Source: Octopus vulgaris
Lineage: Eukaryota
Reading direction: 5' to 3'
DNA length: 64,000 nucleotides
Assembly (NCBI GenBank): GCA_951406725.2
Contig: OX597822.1
Coordinates: 24,676,001 to 24,740,000, forward strand
Position numbers and translations under genes: made by a program. Shown piece after piece: positions 38,491 to 52,452 of this stretch. The notes below the pieces were generated by a model. The model was given only the letters and a program-made list of their open reading frames with translations. It made no database searches and was not told where the DNA came from. Each line of letters starts with the position of its first letter. Positions within the stretch are counted from its first letter, which is position 1.

Positions 38491-38551
38491 GCCAGACTGA
38501 AGAGAGAAGTAAGTAATTTAAAACACTTTAATCTCGAAATGCATCTATGGC
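38491..38551 (+). ncRNA. Type-I hammerhead ribozyme motif
   Basis: gccaga-CTGAAGA-gaga/tctc-GAAA-TGCA-TC-tatggc; palindromic stem III, AUC triplet. Confidence 0.72.
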
Positions 38552-38851
38552 TCATCGGATTCATTGTTTGATTCATTGTTTTACTCTTTGCCTACAGAAA
38601 AAAGTGTGTTATTGTCATGGAGATTCTTACAGTAGTAGAAAAGGAATTTTAAACTCCCTTTTCTAAATTCGGTATGTGCTGAAGCAATTAGCTGACCCCT
38701 AATCATAATTATGTTTATAATCATAGAATATTTGAATAATTTTACCTATAAAGGTTATTTTAACATACCACTCTACTTGGTAAAATTATTGATTGATTGA
38801 TTGATTGATTAATTTTACCCTTTTATTATTAATTTGAAATCATATAGACAT

Positions 38852-38899
<48 letters not shown>

Positions 38900-38929
38900 A
38901 CACACACATATATATATATATATATATGT

Positions 38930-39232
38930 GGAGACGCAATGGCCCAGTGGTTAGGCAGTGGACTCGCAGTCGTAGGATCGCGGTTTCGATTCCCAGACCG
39001 GGTGTTGTGAGTGTTTATTGAGCGAAAACACCTAAAAGCTCCACGAGGCTCCGGCAGGGGGTGGTGATCCCTGCTGTACTCTTTCACCACTCTTTCTCCC
39101 ACTCTTTCTTCTGTTGGCCTGCTCGCTTAGCCACCGGGGTGGCGTCATTCGAAGGCTAAAACAATGCGAACGCATTGTGACCAGCAATGTGTAACTACAT
39201 CTGATGGACTGGTCAGTCACGTGATCACGTGA
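38930..39232 (+). mobile_element. SINE family D in (TA)n
   Basis: Head identical in type to 13893; tail (gtcacgtgat)n. Confidence 0.8.
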
Positions 39233-39315
39233 TATATATATATATATGTATGTATGTATATATATATATACATAAATACATACATATATATATGTATCTG
39301 TATGTATGTATGTAA

Positions 39316-39350
<35 letters not shown>

Positions 39351-39433
39351 CATGGATATATATATGCATACATATATATACATACATATACATACATACA
39401 TATATATACATATATATATACATACATACATAT

Positions 39434-39470
<37 letters not shown>

Positions 39471-40285
39471 CATAATATAATGTCTAAAAGTTGATGAATA
39501 CCACCTCTTGATTCTCTCCATTTTCTTATTGCTGTATACATACATTACATACATACATACATACATACATCATCATCGTTTAGTGTCTGCTTTCCATGCT
39601 AGCATGGGTTATATATATATATATATGTATAGACATATGTCTTTGTGTTTGTCACCTTACCCTTCCCCTACTTGACAACTGGTGATGGTTTGTTCATATT
39701 CTTACAATGTAAGTGGTTTAGTAAAACAGACCAATAAAATAAGTAATAGCCTGAAAATACATATAAGTACTGACATTGATTTATTTGACTGAAGTCCTTC
39801 AAGGCAAGGTGTCCGGATGGCTGAAGTCCAATGATCAAAACAATTAAAAGAGAAAAGATCGCAAAAAAACTATGTTTGTAGGCTACCGTACCAGAGAACC
39901 CTCTTATATCTGACCAGCTTAAAAGCTGTACTCCATGTGGACTTTTAAGCCAGCTCGTGTGGAGCACTAATTGGGCCTGCACCCCAAAACTAAAGAGAGC
40001 CATAATATATAAAATATTTATTGGTACCCAACCAATATGGTATTACCCTACCAATATGGTATAACTTTAAATTCAGTTTAAATGAAAAACTTGTATGGTC
40101 ACAAATTTTTGGATTTCTTTTAAAATTTGAACTTTCAACTGTTAACATATAACAAATCTTCATCCAAACCTGATTCCAATGCTGGATGTTGATGAACCAA
40201 ATGAAGGGCAGGTTTTTCAATCCTGGAGAGATCCTTATTCCAAAACGGTGTAATATGTCTATTCCAAAATGGTATAATATGTCTA

Positions 40286-40520
40286 AGGCGGCGAGCTGGC
40301 AGAAACGTTAGCACGTTGGGTGAAATGCCTGGCAGTATTTCGTCTGCCGTTACATTCTGTGTTCAAATTCCGCCAAGGTTGACTTTGCCTTTCATCCTTT
40401 CAGGGTTGATTAAATAAGTACCAGTTACTCTCTGGGGTCGATGTAATCGACTTAATCCGTGTGTCTGTCCTTGTTTGTCCTCTCTGTGTTTAGCCCCTTG
40501 TGGGTAGTAAAGAAATAGGT
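40286..40520 (+). mobile_element. SINE family B, full length
   Basis: ggcggcgagctggcagaaacgttagc...gtttagccccttgtgggtagtaaagaaatag. Confidence 0.85.
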
Positions 40521-40614
40521 ATAATATGCCTATGTAGAACAAATGTAGACCGATATACAAGGGTCCCGGATGGACAGACAGAATTTCGTGTTTATTATTA
40601 TAGAAGTTAAATCA

Positions 40615-40860
40615 TCATTATCATCATCATCATCATCATTTAATATCTGTCTTCCATGCTGGCATGGGTTGGACAGTTTGACCGGTGCTGGTAAGGCCAG
40701 GGGCCACACTAGGCTCCATTGTCAGTTCTGGCATGGTTTCTATAGCTGGATGCCTTTCCTAAAACCAACTACTCCACAGAGTGTACTGGGTGCTTTATGT
40801 GGCACCAGCACCGGTCTCAATTCTGCTGTGGCAGAGGGGTATTCTTGTGTACCGTAATGT
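40615..40860 (-). mobile_element. (GAT)n-tailed retroposon 3' end (family E)
   Basis: ccaacccatgccagcatggaa...gatgatgatg tail; relatives at about 43030-43185, 54408-54620, 56430-56750, 58400-58520 and 62640-62765. Confidence 0.65.
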
Positions 40861-40907
40861 GCCAAATATCTTGGTCCTTAGTCCTCTCTTTTGTAAGGGT
40901 CTGATAA

Positions 40908-41504
40908 TTTTTTCTTTGTTTTTCTTTTTTTTAACAACAGACAGACACAATTAGAATAGGGTTTTATTTATTTATTCATTACTTTACAAAAAGTTTTATT
41001 TTAATTTTTGTGAAGGGGTTTAGGGGGTGTGAAAACAACAACAATGAAAAAAAAAATAGGGTTGCTCTTTTTGTTTCATAGTCAATAACAAACAGAGGCA
41101 ACATAAACACACAAGATTTAAAGAATAAAAAAACAAAACATCATATAAAAAAGTAACAAAAGGGTAAAAAAATACAGCAGAAATTTAAATTAAATAAGAT
41201 GCAATTTAAAAAAAAAAAGATTTTTTTTTTTTTAAATATTAACAGCCAAACAAACAGAAACAACAACCAAAATAGGGAAACTGAACAGAGGTTTGTAGTG
41301 TTTAGGTTATTGCCACAGATTACAAATTATTTTTAGTGCCAGTTTAATGTTACCCATTAGTTTGGTTCACTGAAGAGAGGAGGAAGAATTGGTGTTGGTG
41401 GTTGGGGTGGGGCTTCTAGAAATATTGGGTTATTGTTTAAGATATCTTCTCTGTTTTTGATTTGTAATGTAACCTTTTTCTGAACTATTCTTTAATGCAG
41501 CTCC
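40908..41504 (-). other. Polyadenylated 3'-end-like segment (retrocopy/LINE 3' end or orphan terminal exon)
   Basis: Short frame RIVQKKVTLQIKNREDILNNNPIFLEAPPQPPTPILPPLFSEPN*, U-rich UTR, overlapping AATAAA at 40976-40963, A-rich tail at 40932-40908. Confidence 0.5.
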
Positions 41505-41557
<53 letters not shown>

Positions 41558-44500
41558 TAATTTGTTTCAAGTTTTGGCACAAGGTCAGCATTTTTTTAGC
41601 AGCAGGGGTAAGTTGATTACACCGACCCCAGTGCTCAGCTGGTACTTTATTTTATTGACCCTAAAAGGATAAAAGGCAAAGTTGCCCTTGGTGGAATTTG
41701 AACTCATAATATAAAGCACCAGAAGAAATGCTGCAAAGCATTTTGTCTGATATGCTAACAATTCTGCCAACTCACTGCCTAAATAATAATAATAATAATA
41801 ATGGTGGTGGTGGTGGTGGTGGCAAACTTTGGCACAAGGCCAGCAATTTCAGGGGAGTGGGTAAATTGATTACATTAACCCCAGTGTTCAACAGGTACTT
41901 CTTTTATCGACCCTGAAGAGATCAAGTCAACTTTGGAAGAATTTGAACTCAGAATGTAATGATGATGATGATAATAATAATAATAATAATAATAATAATT
42001 TGGCACTGATATATGACATCTGATGATGAACTTTGCACACTGGATTGAGAATATGTGTAGAAACATCCAACCAGAAGCATAACATTTCTGAAGATTTTGC
42101 CATCAATGGAAAAGTAATTTCTGTGTTATGAAATTCTACATTGTAGGAAAAATTTTTCAGAAATGAAATGCTTCTATGACAGTGGTGGTGGTGGTGGGGC
42201 CTGTAATTATAATCCCAATTTCAACCATTAGTACAAAGCCACGGATTTATGAAAGCTTGTTGTGGTCAAATAAATCGATGTCCCCCTGATGTAATTTACT
42301 TGGTGTTTATTTCATCATAAACACCACTTTCCTGTCATGTGAGGATAGAAGGCAAAGATGATCTGAGTAGCTCTGAAATGCAGAATGCAAATGGCCTTAA
42401 CAAAATAGCACAAGATATTTCTGCCATTACTTAACCGGTTCTGTCATCCACAACATTTATTACTGTTGTTTCTAACAGAGACTCAATGTTAGCAGAAATT
42501 TGCTGAAAGGTGGGCATAAGCCAATTACATAATTACATCCAAATACTGGCATCTCTGATTAGTACTTTATTTGATCGACCACAAAAAAGATGAAAACGAA
42601 AAAGTCAACTTTGGCAGGATTTGAACTCAGAATGTAAAGAGTTGGGAGAAACATTGCAAGGCAGTTTATCTAACATGCTAACAGATCTGCCAAACCCCAC
42701 CCTTGATACCAACTCTCATTATAACAATGATGATTTCTAATTTTGGTTGATGGTTATAAATTTCTACAGTAAGGAGTACAGTTGATTATATTGATCTCAG
42801 TATGTTACTGGTATCTATTGCAGTAGCCCTCATATTGAAAGAAAATATTGGCTCCACTACCCCAGTAGGTTTTTAAAATCAAAGACATAAAGGAACCATA
42901 ACTAAAAACCACAATACATTATGATCAGCCCTTGTTTGTAAAATAATCAATTTTTTTTTGTTAGTATTAAATATTAAAGCAACCACCAAGTATTTTTCTT
43001 CAATTATGAGAAAATACTGAAGTCAACATTATCATCATCATCACTGTTAGCATTATTTAATATCTGTTTTCCATTCTGACATTGACTGGATAGTTTGACA
43101 TGAGCTGGTGGAGCAGAGGGCTGCAACAAGCCCTGCTGAGCTGTCTAACCCATGCCAGCATAAAAAACAGACGTTAGATGATGATGGCTTCCTATTCTTT
43201 CTGATAACTTAAGAAAAATACCTGATGGTCACTTAAACTTAAAAAATAAAAAAAAAACAAGTCATTAACTTAAATATAATTTATGTTGTAGTTGGATTCC
43301 AAGTTGGCCCTGGCTTCATCAAACAAACCTATGATTGAAGACATTCCAACCACAACCATCCTGTCTAATTCTTTCCAGACATACTGTATCCTGGACTATA
43401 TTATACAATATGCCTTTACTGAAGACAGTACAAGGTACGATTTGAAAGAGAGGGATACATGGCTGTTATTTCTAGCAGGTTGCATAACCATGTAAGATTA
43501 TTTCCCATTGGCTTGGAGGTCATATGTGCATTCCAAAATGGAGAAATAGTCATTTTTTTATTACCAGCACTCTGCCCATAATATTAAACAGACTAATATT
43601 ATGGACTGTATCTTGACACAAATCTGAAAATATTTTTGATACTTTCAGACAAATTCCATTCTATATTTGTATGTGATTAATTTCATTTCATCGTTGTTGA
43701 TTCATTTAGTATTAAACCCCATTTTTTATTTTTTATCTGGCATAGGAAAGTTAACTCTTTTAATATTAACTCACTTGAAACTGCCATTGGTTCTGTGTTA
43801 TAAAAGTATTTATAATATAAGACTTCTTTGTTAGAATCTTTGTTTCTAACACTAGCTTAAAAATGGGGAATTTATAGTTATTTTACAGAACCATTCCAAA
43901 TTCTCGACCATTTAGAAAATTAAATAAAACATGTAGTAAGTGTATTTCAGAAGAAATTTAATTTCAAAAGGGTTTTTGTATTTATTAGGCTGTTCAATAA
44001 TAAAATATATTGCATTATGACAAAATAAAGGCCTTTGTTATGTATGTCCCTTTAATTTCTGAATTCAAAATCTTGACTGGCGTCAAAGTTTGTTTTTCAT
44101 TCTTCTTCAGTGGTCGATAAAAATAAAGTGCCAGTTGTGTACTCAGGTAGACTTAATTGGCTCACTTTAAACCGTAATGGTTGAATAACTCGTGTAACTT
44201 AAAAAGAAAAACCAAGACATTTAACAATCTAACGTATCTTCTTCGTTTCATATAAGGCATTAAAGAAGCTGTATAACACAACAAAAGATACAGAGATAGA
44301 AGGACTGATAGAGAGATACGCAAAGAGAGTGTTTACCCAATATTTCATATTCTACACTAAATGTTTAAAAAAATATATTGATTCTTTTTCATTTCTTTCG
44401 CAATGAAGGATGAGTTTAAGTGGATGCAAATGTATCAACAGAAAGGAGTGAAGTTGTGAAATATAACTCTCAATAAAAAATTGTGAATTTTGTTTCATTT

Positions 44501-45469
44501 CGTTTGTTTCTTTTTTGTTTTTATTATTTTTTTTTACAAAAAAACGTGTATCTCGAGCAGTAGATCTTTAAATTTCTGTTTTAGTAATTATTTTATGTGA
44601 GACTTGAAATTATTGCATTAATTGGTCTGGTAATGAACTGGTAATGAATAAAGACGGTCATTAGAGATACTGGAGAGGCAAATTTTAAAATGAAAGATGC
44701 TGTATTGTACAGGAATATGTTGTTTTTGTTGTTGCTTTCTCGTTATTATTTTATTAAATTTGCATGTGGGTATTGAAACTGAATTCGCTTTTTAATTTTT
44801 TTCTTCTTCTATGTTAACTTCAGATAGGTTTATGTTCTAGGTTAAACCATTCAATATCTAAATAAATATTCTTCGAAAATCATTGTAAATTATTTTTACA
44901 AGGAAAGAACGGGATATATATATATATATATATATTATATTATATAAGATTAGTAAATATACGGTGTAAATGAATATATTTCAATTGATGTTAAGATAGC
45001 AGCGATCTTAAACTCAAGTTATTTCCCTTGAGATAGATTACCTCCCTTAGCATATTGTCCTACCACGGTGGTTTCACACCAGCGACCATTTATTATAACG
45101 GCTCTGTAAAAAATGCATGGTTATCACATGGACACTTGAATATGATAACCATGCAATTTAAACCCTTCACTTTTATGCAGTATACCAAAAAATTTACTCA
45201 GTTATCATATGCCAATTAGTATGTTAACCAAGAATTTCCTGATGGCTCATTTTGTAAGCCAAATTGGGAAGACACAGTTAATCATATTCTACAGTGTACG
45301 AGAACCATGCATTCGCAACAACACTGCTCTATCAGAACATCATGGATTACATGATTACAACAGCAGCTACAATGGCAGCTGTAGCAAGAGGCCTCACGAC
45401 GTCCTCCTCTGTAAACCAATCATGTAAACCCGAAATACTCATTTTGCTGTCTAACTAGTAAGGATGTGT

Positions 45470-45750
45470 CTATATATATATATACATATATATATCTATA
45501 TATATCTATATCTATATATATATCTATATATATATATCTATATATATATTATATATATATATATATCTATATATATATCTATATATATATATCTATATAT
45601 ATCTATATATATATATATCTATATCTATATATATATATATCTATATCTATATATCTATATCTATATCTATATATCTATATATATATATATCTATATATAT
45701 ATATCTATATCTATATATATCTATATGTATATTTATATGATATATATATA
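45470..45750. repeat. (TA)/(TATC)n compound microsatellite
   Basis: Direct inspection. Confidence 0.9.
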
Positions 45751-48700
45751 ACATCACACAGAGTATTAAAGAACCTGAATGATCTGTTTTCTCCCTCCTC
45801 AGCTATCTTAAAGACTGAAGGTTGAAGAAAGGGGCTGTCACTTTTAATCTCATACAAATTGGACCCCTACTACAAAATAGAGTTCAAACAAACACCATCA
45901 ACATTAAGAAGTAAATGAGGGGCTCACTCAACGTGAATGTTCTAATTGATTTTGGACCCTATAAATCAATCTTCTTGAGTGCATTCTTTGAAGCCCCAGC
46001 ACACTCACCTACAGGACCGTTTATTATAATAAGGTGAAGTACCAGTAACTTGGAGCAAACGGTAACAAAATCTATGAGATATAAGCGACCATCTCTTTGT
46101 TCAACTTCTAGGTAGAAGAGAACAGAGCGGAGGGGTGGGTGGGGGGTGGGAGAAGGGAAGAAGAATCAAATCTCTGTTTCGTTGTTGATAAATCTCTTAT
46201 GAAGATAAGGCATCAGCCAGCCAATCTGTTTACAAGGAATGTGCATATTAGCATATTATTTTGGATATCCAGAATGTGAAGGACTAAATATTCATTAGAA
46301 GCTATTTGAAGAAACAGCTGTATTGATATCTGTGCTAAACCTACAACAATTTGCTTTAACACATTACACAATCCATACAACAGACACATTTAAAGCTCTC
46401 ATGTCAATAGCAACAAAATCCCAGTGATGTCTATAAGCATTGCTCACTGACAGCTGTAAAATCTCAGAGATGCTTAATGCATCCCTCTTTTGCTATGTTG
46501 TGAAATTCCAGAGACACTTAAGTATGTCTTTTAACTGTCCAGACAGGATTTTATTGCTACAGATAAGAGAAACTGGTATATGTCTGTGGTATGGATAGTG
46601 TTAAGTTTTTATTACCAAAATCATTTCTTACCTTTAACCTTGGGGAAATTTTATGTTATAAAAAATTCCAGTTATTTCATTTGTTAACCTATTTTAACAC
46701 TTGTATCAGGTGAAGGTAACACGGAGGAAGGAAAAATTTCAAAAGCAATTTCTACCTTATATTTTGTGCTCTGAATTATGAATGCAATATTGAGTTTTAC
46801 TTAATCTAAAATGTTCCATTATTATTATTAATTACAGGTATTCTTTATAAAAATATTTAAGACGAAAATACCTTCAACAGTCAAATAGAATTCTGTTTGC
46901 AGTTTTCTTGAAACAATACTTTGAAATAAAATTTATACAGATTTCGAATTAAGTTTATCAAAGAAGTTAATCTGAGTAGAATAGAACAAGATATTATGAG
47001 GTGATAAGCTAGAGCTTCAGAGATTTGTCATGGATTGTAAAAAATATCATTAGCATAGTTTATTTTTTACAAAATAACTAAAAATTAGTTGCTATAAAAG
47101 TAGAGATATGATCTTAGATATTTACTGAAAACAAAAACAAAAAAAAAATCAATGTCCAATCATTTCCTTATATTCTAATGCAATAAATTGTTTTCAAATA
47201 TCAATTGTGCTTTTTATAGGCATTATGTCTCCTGTACAATCTACCAAACTGGATAGAGAAAATAGCTTTATTTCTTTATTGCCCACAAGGGGCTAAACAT
47301 AGAGAAAATAGTTATATTATGTTAAACATCAGTGAAATGTATAGAACAAATTTCTAGAATATGCAAAGATAAAAAAAGTAAAAATTATGAGAGAAGTTTT
47401 AAATCTAATTTTCTGTTTATTTTTTCAAAGTCATCTTTAACAAAACACTGAAAACCGACATGGACTTAAAACATACAGATGTAACAATGAAAGAAAAAAA
47501 AAAGAAAAATCTCATGAGATAAAATAGAAACTGAAGACAAAGCTGTGGTGTAGTAAATAAATTAATAAATAAATAAATAAAATCCTTATTTTATGAACAG
47601 CTTTTTCTGTTTTTTTTTTAAATTTATTTTTCCAATATTGCCCTTAAAAATTATCACGAAAAAATTGTTTTTGAAGACATCTTTGAGAGGGCAAAATTTT
47701 TATAAACTTTTCACACATTCTAAATTAATTTATCAGAATTTAAAAATGGAACATTTTAAAACTCATTACTTAGCATTTAATTTTTATGCCTAAGGTAGTC
47801 TCGTTAAAAATTTCTTAATTATTTTGAAATATTTTTTAAATATCATTAGCACTAAAATTAGACTAAATCTAATCTTGCTTTTCTTAATCTGCATCTATCG
47901 CTTCAATTAATTCCCTTTTTTAGCTAGATGTCCCTAAACACTCCAAATCCTTCTTACTTTTGAACAGAAGAGGAAATTCTCTCAGAAACAGAAGCTGTGA
48001 CGTTAATCAATAGTGAAACCATTAGCATGACAGTTTTGATGAAGCAGCCCAGGGCTCTAAACTGGAATTGTGTGAACAAGTTTTAGATTTAAATTCTTAT
48101 GTCTTTAGCTGGGTACAAAAGCTGCTGCCTGATTCTGTTATGAGTTTTTGTTACTTTTGTTCTTTAGTTTTTAGTAGTCAAATATGTCTTAAGCACTATA
48201 TGCCCAAGAAACTTTCTTATCAAACCACATGTTATTTTGTTAGCGTTAAATTCAATTTAAATTCACCTAATTAACAAAAAATGTGATGTTACTTGAAATG
48301 AAATTTTGTGTTAATCCGTAGCTATGAATTTCTTTTACTTTACAGTGAGCAAACTTAAAATAACAAAAATTCAGTTTTTAAAACATTTGAAAAACCCGAA
48401 ATCATTTATTTATTTTTGTTTTCTCTTCCAAATTCTACATTGTGGCATTTATAATTTTCCAGGAAGATGAAAAATGAAAGGAAAAAAAAAAAGTAACAAT
48501 AATAATTCACAGTACAAACAGCAAGTTTTTTGATTTTCAAGTTTTGCTTTCAGCCAATGACCATCATTTCTTCTTTAAATAAATACAGTTCCTTAAAGAT
48601 TTCAGAACTTATGTAGATATTTATTTTTTTGACTTAGCAAATTTGGAAGTGGCTTCAGTCAACAGCTTTGACCCTTAATATGTTCAATCATTTCCTTATA

Positions 48701-48909
48701 TTCTAATGCAATAAATTAGAGCAGATTTGTTTTGGAGGTGTTTTACTGTTGCTGAAATAGGCTGTAGCTTAGAGTACTGAAAGACAAGGTAAGACAGACA
48801 GGCAGCTGGGCCAAATATCTGTCTGACATAATTACTTGATGGGCGGAAGTCATCGAGAACTGTACTAGTCATCAGTAGTACAACTTAGCATAGAAAAAGC
48901 ACTGGAACT
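45750..48909 (-). other. FHOD: Probable long 3' UTR of FHOD (3' end undefined)
   Basis: Follows the stop codon; U-rich on the minus strand; almost free of SINEs, unlike the rest of the window. Confidence 0.55.
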
Positions 48910-48983
48910 TCAAACTTCTTCGCTATAAGCAGCAATGGTTTCCAATTCTTCTGTATCTAATCCTCCTTTAAGCGTCCGTCGCA
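48910..48983 (-). CDS. FHOD: FHOD/Fhos formin, last coding exon
   Basis: tttatAG acceptor, phase 1: (L)RRTLKGGLDTEELETIAAYSEEV*; completes the FHOD-typical RKSLRRTLK motif. Confidence 0.9.
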
Positions 48984-49702
48984 CTATAAACAGTAAATGA
49001 ACAAATATATGAGTACATAAATTTTATAATGGAGTAAATTACATATAATTGCTGGTTAGCTTTTATTTTTCTATATCTTAATAAAGCAGCTGAAGATAAT
49101 TTATTAATGAAATATAAAAGAGCTTAACTTCAAAACAGTTACACTTCAGAATTAAAATATTTACCGCATATGCATACACACACAATATTCTGTGAAAGTA
49201 AACATGTGTTTTACTTCAATTCTTCAGATTTTAATTCAAAAATTATTTTCTTTGAAAAAGACAAATGTTTGACTCAAAACATGAATCACTGATTGATAGT
49301 TATTATATGAAATATAATGACAGAAATATGACTAAAGATTTTCTTGCATGGCTTTTTTTTTTTTCTTATTTCAAGGTATAATCCAATGTGAAATTATAAA
49401 TGCATCTAATACAGAAAAGATCTAATTCTGCAAAATTTTACTCAAATTTTCGTTTATATATATATATATATATATATATATTCTTTGGCTGTATATAGTC
49501 TTTGAACTCACTGGACTGCAACCATTTTGAGAAACTGCTTTCAGGGGTTCTCGTCAATTATATTGATATTGATCTCATACAGTCTAGTAGTAATTTTATC
49601 AATCTCTATTCATCTCTCTTATTCAGTGAATGGTTAAGTTACATCTCTTTAGCAACATAAATGCCATTAGGTGATGTACAAAATAATATTCTAAGTGTGT
49701 AC

Positions 49703-49997
49703 TGGTTTCACATTTTGGCACAAAGCCAGCAATTTTAGTGGGAGAAGGTCTAGTCAATTACATTGACCCCAATGCTCAACTGGTACTTATTTTATTGACC
49801 CTGAAAGGATGAAAGGCAAAGTCAACTTTGGTGGAATTTCAATTCAGTGGCTGTGTGGTAAGTAGCTTGCTTACCAACCACATGGTTCTGGGCTCATTCC
49901 CACTGCGTGGCACCTTAGGCAAGTGTCTTCTACTATAGCTTTGGGCCAACCAAAGCCTTGTGAGTGGGTTTGGTAGATGGAAACTGAAAGAAGCCCG

Positions 49998-50049
<52 letters not shown>

Positions 50050-50310
50050 ATATGTTTGTCCCCTCCAACATCGGTTGACAACTGATGGTGGGGTGTTTAC
50101 ATCCCCGTAACTTAGCGGTTTGGCAAAAGAGACCAATAAAATAAGTACTAGGCGTCCAAAGAATAAGTCCTGGGGTTGATTCGCTCGACTAAAGGCAGTG
50201 CTCCAGCATGGCCGCAGTCAAATGACTGAAACAAGTAAAGAGAAAGACAGATGAAATGCCACTAAGCATTTTGTCTGGCATGCTAACGATTCTGCCTGTT
50301 TGCCACCTCA
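49703..50310. mobile_element. SINE A (+, 49847-50245) nested in SINE B (-)
   Basis: SINE B is split at ...ggaatttcaattcag / aaagacagatgaaatg... Confidence 0.85.
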
Positions 50311-51321
50311 TATTATGTGTATATTATATTATATACACACAAGCTTCCGCTCAGTTTCCGTCTGCAGATTTTAAATACAAGGTGTGTGGGAGGGGAAAAG
50401 GTATGATGTGAGCAAGTACGAGAGACAGTGTGACGAATGTGAAAATATTCACACAGCAAAAATATGGAAAGAAGTTCTATGAGCCTTCAAACTGTTGATT
50501 CTGTAATTTTATAGCAAAAATACAGACTGTAGAAGAAGGAAAAAATTTTTCTCAGACAATATTTTTACTTTGTGTGGTGACCATCATAAAGGAGAGGCTG
50601 AGTTGCTGACAATCTGATTCTGTGATCTGATTTTACACCCCTGACTAAATTTACTAAATTCCATTATGTTGTTTGAGCTTTAAAGAACACGACATGAATG
50701 CCACTACTTCTTTTGCTGTTTATCCTAACCAGGACCTTGTAGTTTATGAAAAGAATGCATATATGTTCTGTATAGGTAGATTACTTCAGAAGTATTTTAT
50801 AGTAGATATCACTACTAATGATTAAGAAAATTTTCAAATTTGATGGTTCTTTTTACTTTATCATATATTTTATTTAACTATACTAATAGATAGAATGGTT
50901 GCAGTTTCTCCTCTTTCCCCTACCCCTGAATCTATTAAGGAATGTCAGTGTTTAGTTAAACCTGATATTTAAGCCCTTTAAACCCTGTTGTATTCCTAAT
51001 GAAATTACACTGGTTATATGCATTTCAATTAAATTTGAAAACAAGAATTTTAGGAAAGATTTAATAATAAGCTAGTTTTAATTAAGCTAATATTTGGAAC
51101 ATAACTTAACAATAGTCTTACATATAAATTATTATGGGAAGTTACCTCTATTTTAATTTGTTTATTTTGCTATTATGTTTTGATACCTAGGAGCCAGTGG
51201 CAGTTCCAAGGGATTTTAGTAGGTACTAAAAAGGTTAACATTAAATACAAGGCAGTTTAAACAGAAGCCATTTCTGCAAATATTCAGTACATAAACAACA
51301 GCAAAGTAAGTCAGCCATTAA

Positions 51322-51592
51322 CCCTTCAAATACTAACATGCCTGACACTGCATAGCTCTGGTTTTGTAATATGAAACATCCTGTTTTAAAGTGTTTATAT
51401 TCATAAAGTGTTTAAATGTTTTGTTATAATTATATGTAAAACCTCCTTGATAAGTTGTTCCATACATCAGCTTGATAATGAAAAACTTAGTTACTCCTTT
51501 TATCTAATCCTTCCAAATTTTTAATTATTATTTCCAGAATTTATTAAAACGTGTGACCTGTGTATATCATTAGATGTATTATCACAAAAGAG
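51322..51592. mobile_element. piggyBac-type MITE (diverged)
   Basis: TTAA|ccctt...aagag|TTAA; interior similar to 52226-52452; relatives at about 43750-43975, 50970-51240 and 63858 onward. Confidence 0.55.
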
Positions 51593-52225
51593 TTAAACTA
51601 GCTTGATGTTAAAATCTGATATGAAAAATGGAACCAGTACAAAGTTTAGCTCTAAGTAGGTTTTCTGAAAATATTTAGAAAATTTTTTTAAAGCTGTAAA
51701 GCAATATAAATATATTAATTATTGATTGAGATGAAGTAATATTTTCTAAAATAAATGTGCAATGAGCAAAATCTGACATGCCTGAGAAGATAGAGAAACC
51801 AATAAGATAATAGGACAGCTAGGAGGAGAAAAAGTTATTAAGATGTGAACAGACTGAATAACGAACATTTTGCTTCAGTAAAAGACATTAATTAAGCAAT
51901 GTAAAAAAATAGAACAACAAAATATGAAAAACACAATGTAATGAAAGTACCCAAAAAATAAAGAAAATTCATGCTTCATAGAAAAGCACCACTTTGAAGA
52001 ACAAAGCAGAACTCAATCAAAGCAAACAACTGTTATAGAGAAGAGAAAATTAAAAATCTCTGCCATAAGATGAAAAGTGTGTGTGTATGTGTGTACATTA
52101 ATACATCTACATATATATACTGAAAGTGGTGTGGAACAGACAAGGTGTAACATCCCAATGACAGTAGAACAGTTTTAAATATTACATCAGCAACACTTTC
52201 TATTTTTGAATCCATTTCAGTTTAA

Positions 52226-52452
52226 CCCGTTCGTTACCAACCCGGCTGAAACCACCTCTGGGTCTCTAATACAAATGTCTTGTTTTCATAAGCTTTAAAT
52301 TAAAATCTTCCACCTTAGTTAGATTAAAATCTTCCATCTTAGTTAGAATTTATGTTCCTAACACTAGCTGAATGATTACTAAATTCTTTCTTATATTTAA
52401 AGTAACTGAAAGAAACACAGAGCATCTCAACAGAAATACAGTAACAAAAGGG
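52226..52452. mobile_element. piggyBac-type MITE
   Basis: TTAA|cccgttcgttac...gtaacaaaaggg|TTAA: TIRs with TTAA target duplication. Confidence 0.75.

Noticed and set aside
39217-39566. YI/CV/HT-repeat ORFs (also at 28781, 36878, 45464 and elsewhere)
   Set aside because: Dinucleotide and tetranucleotide microsatellite translations
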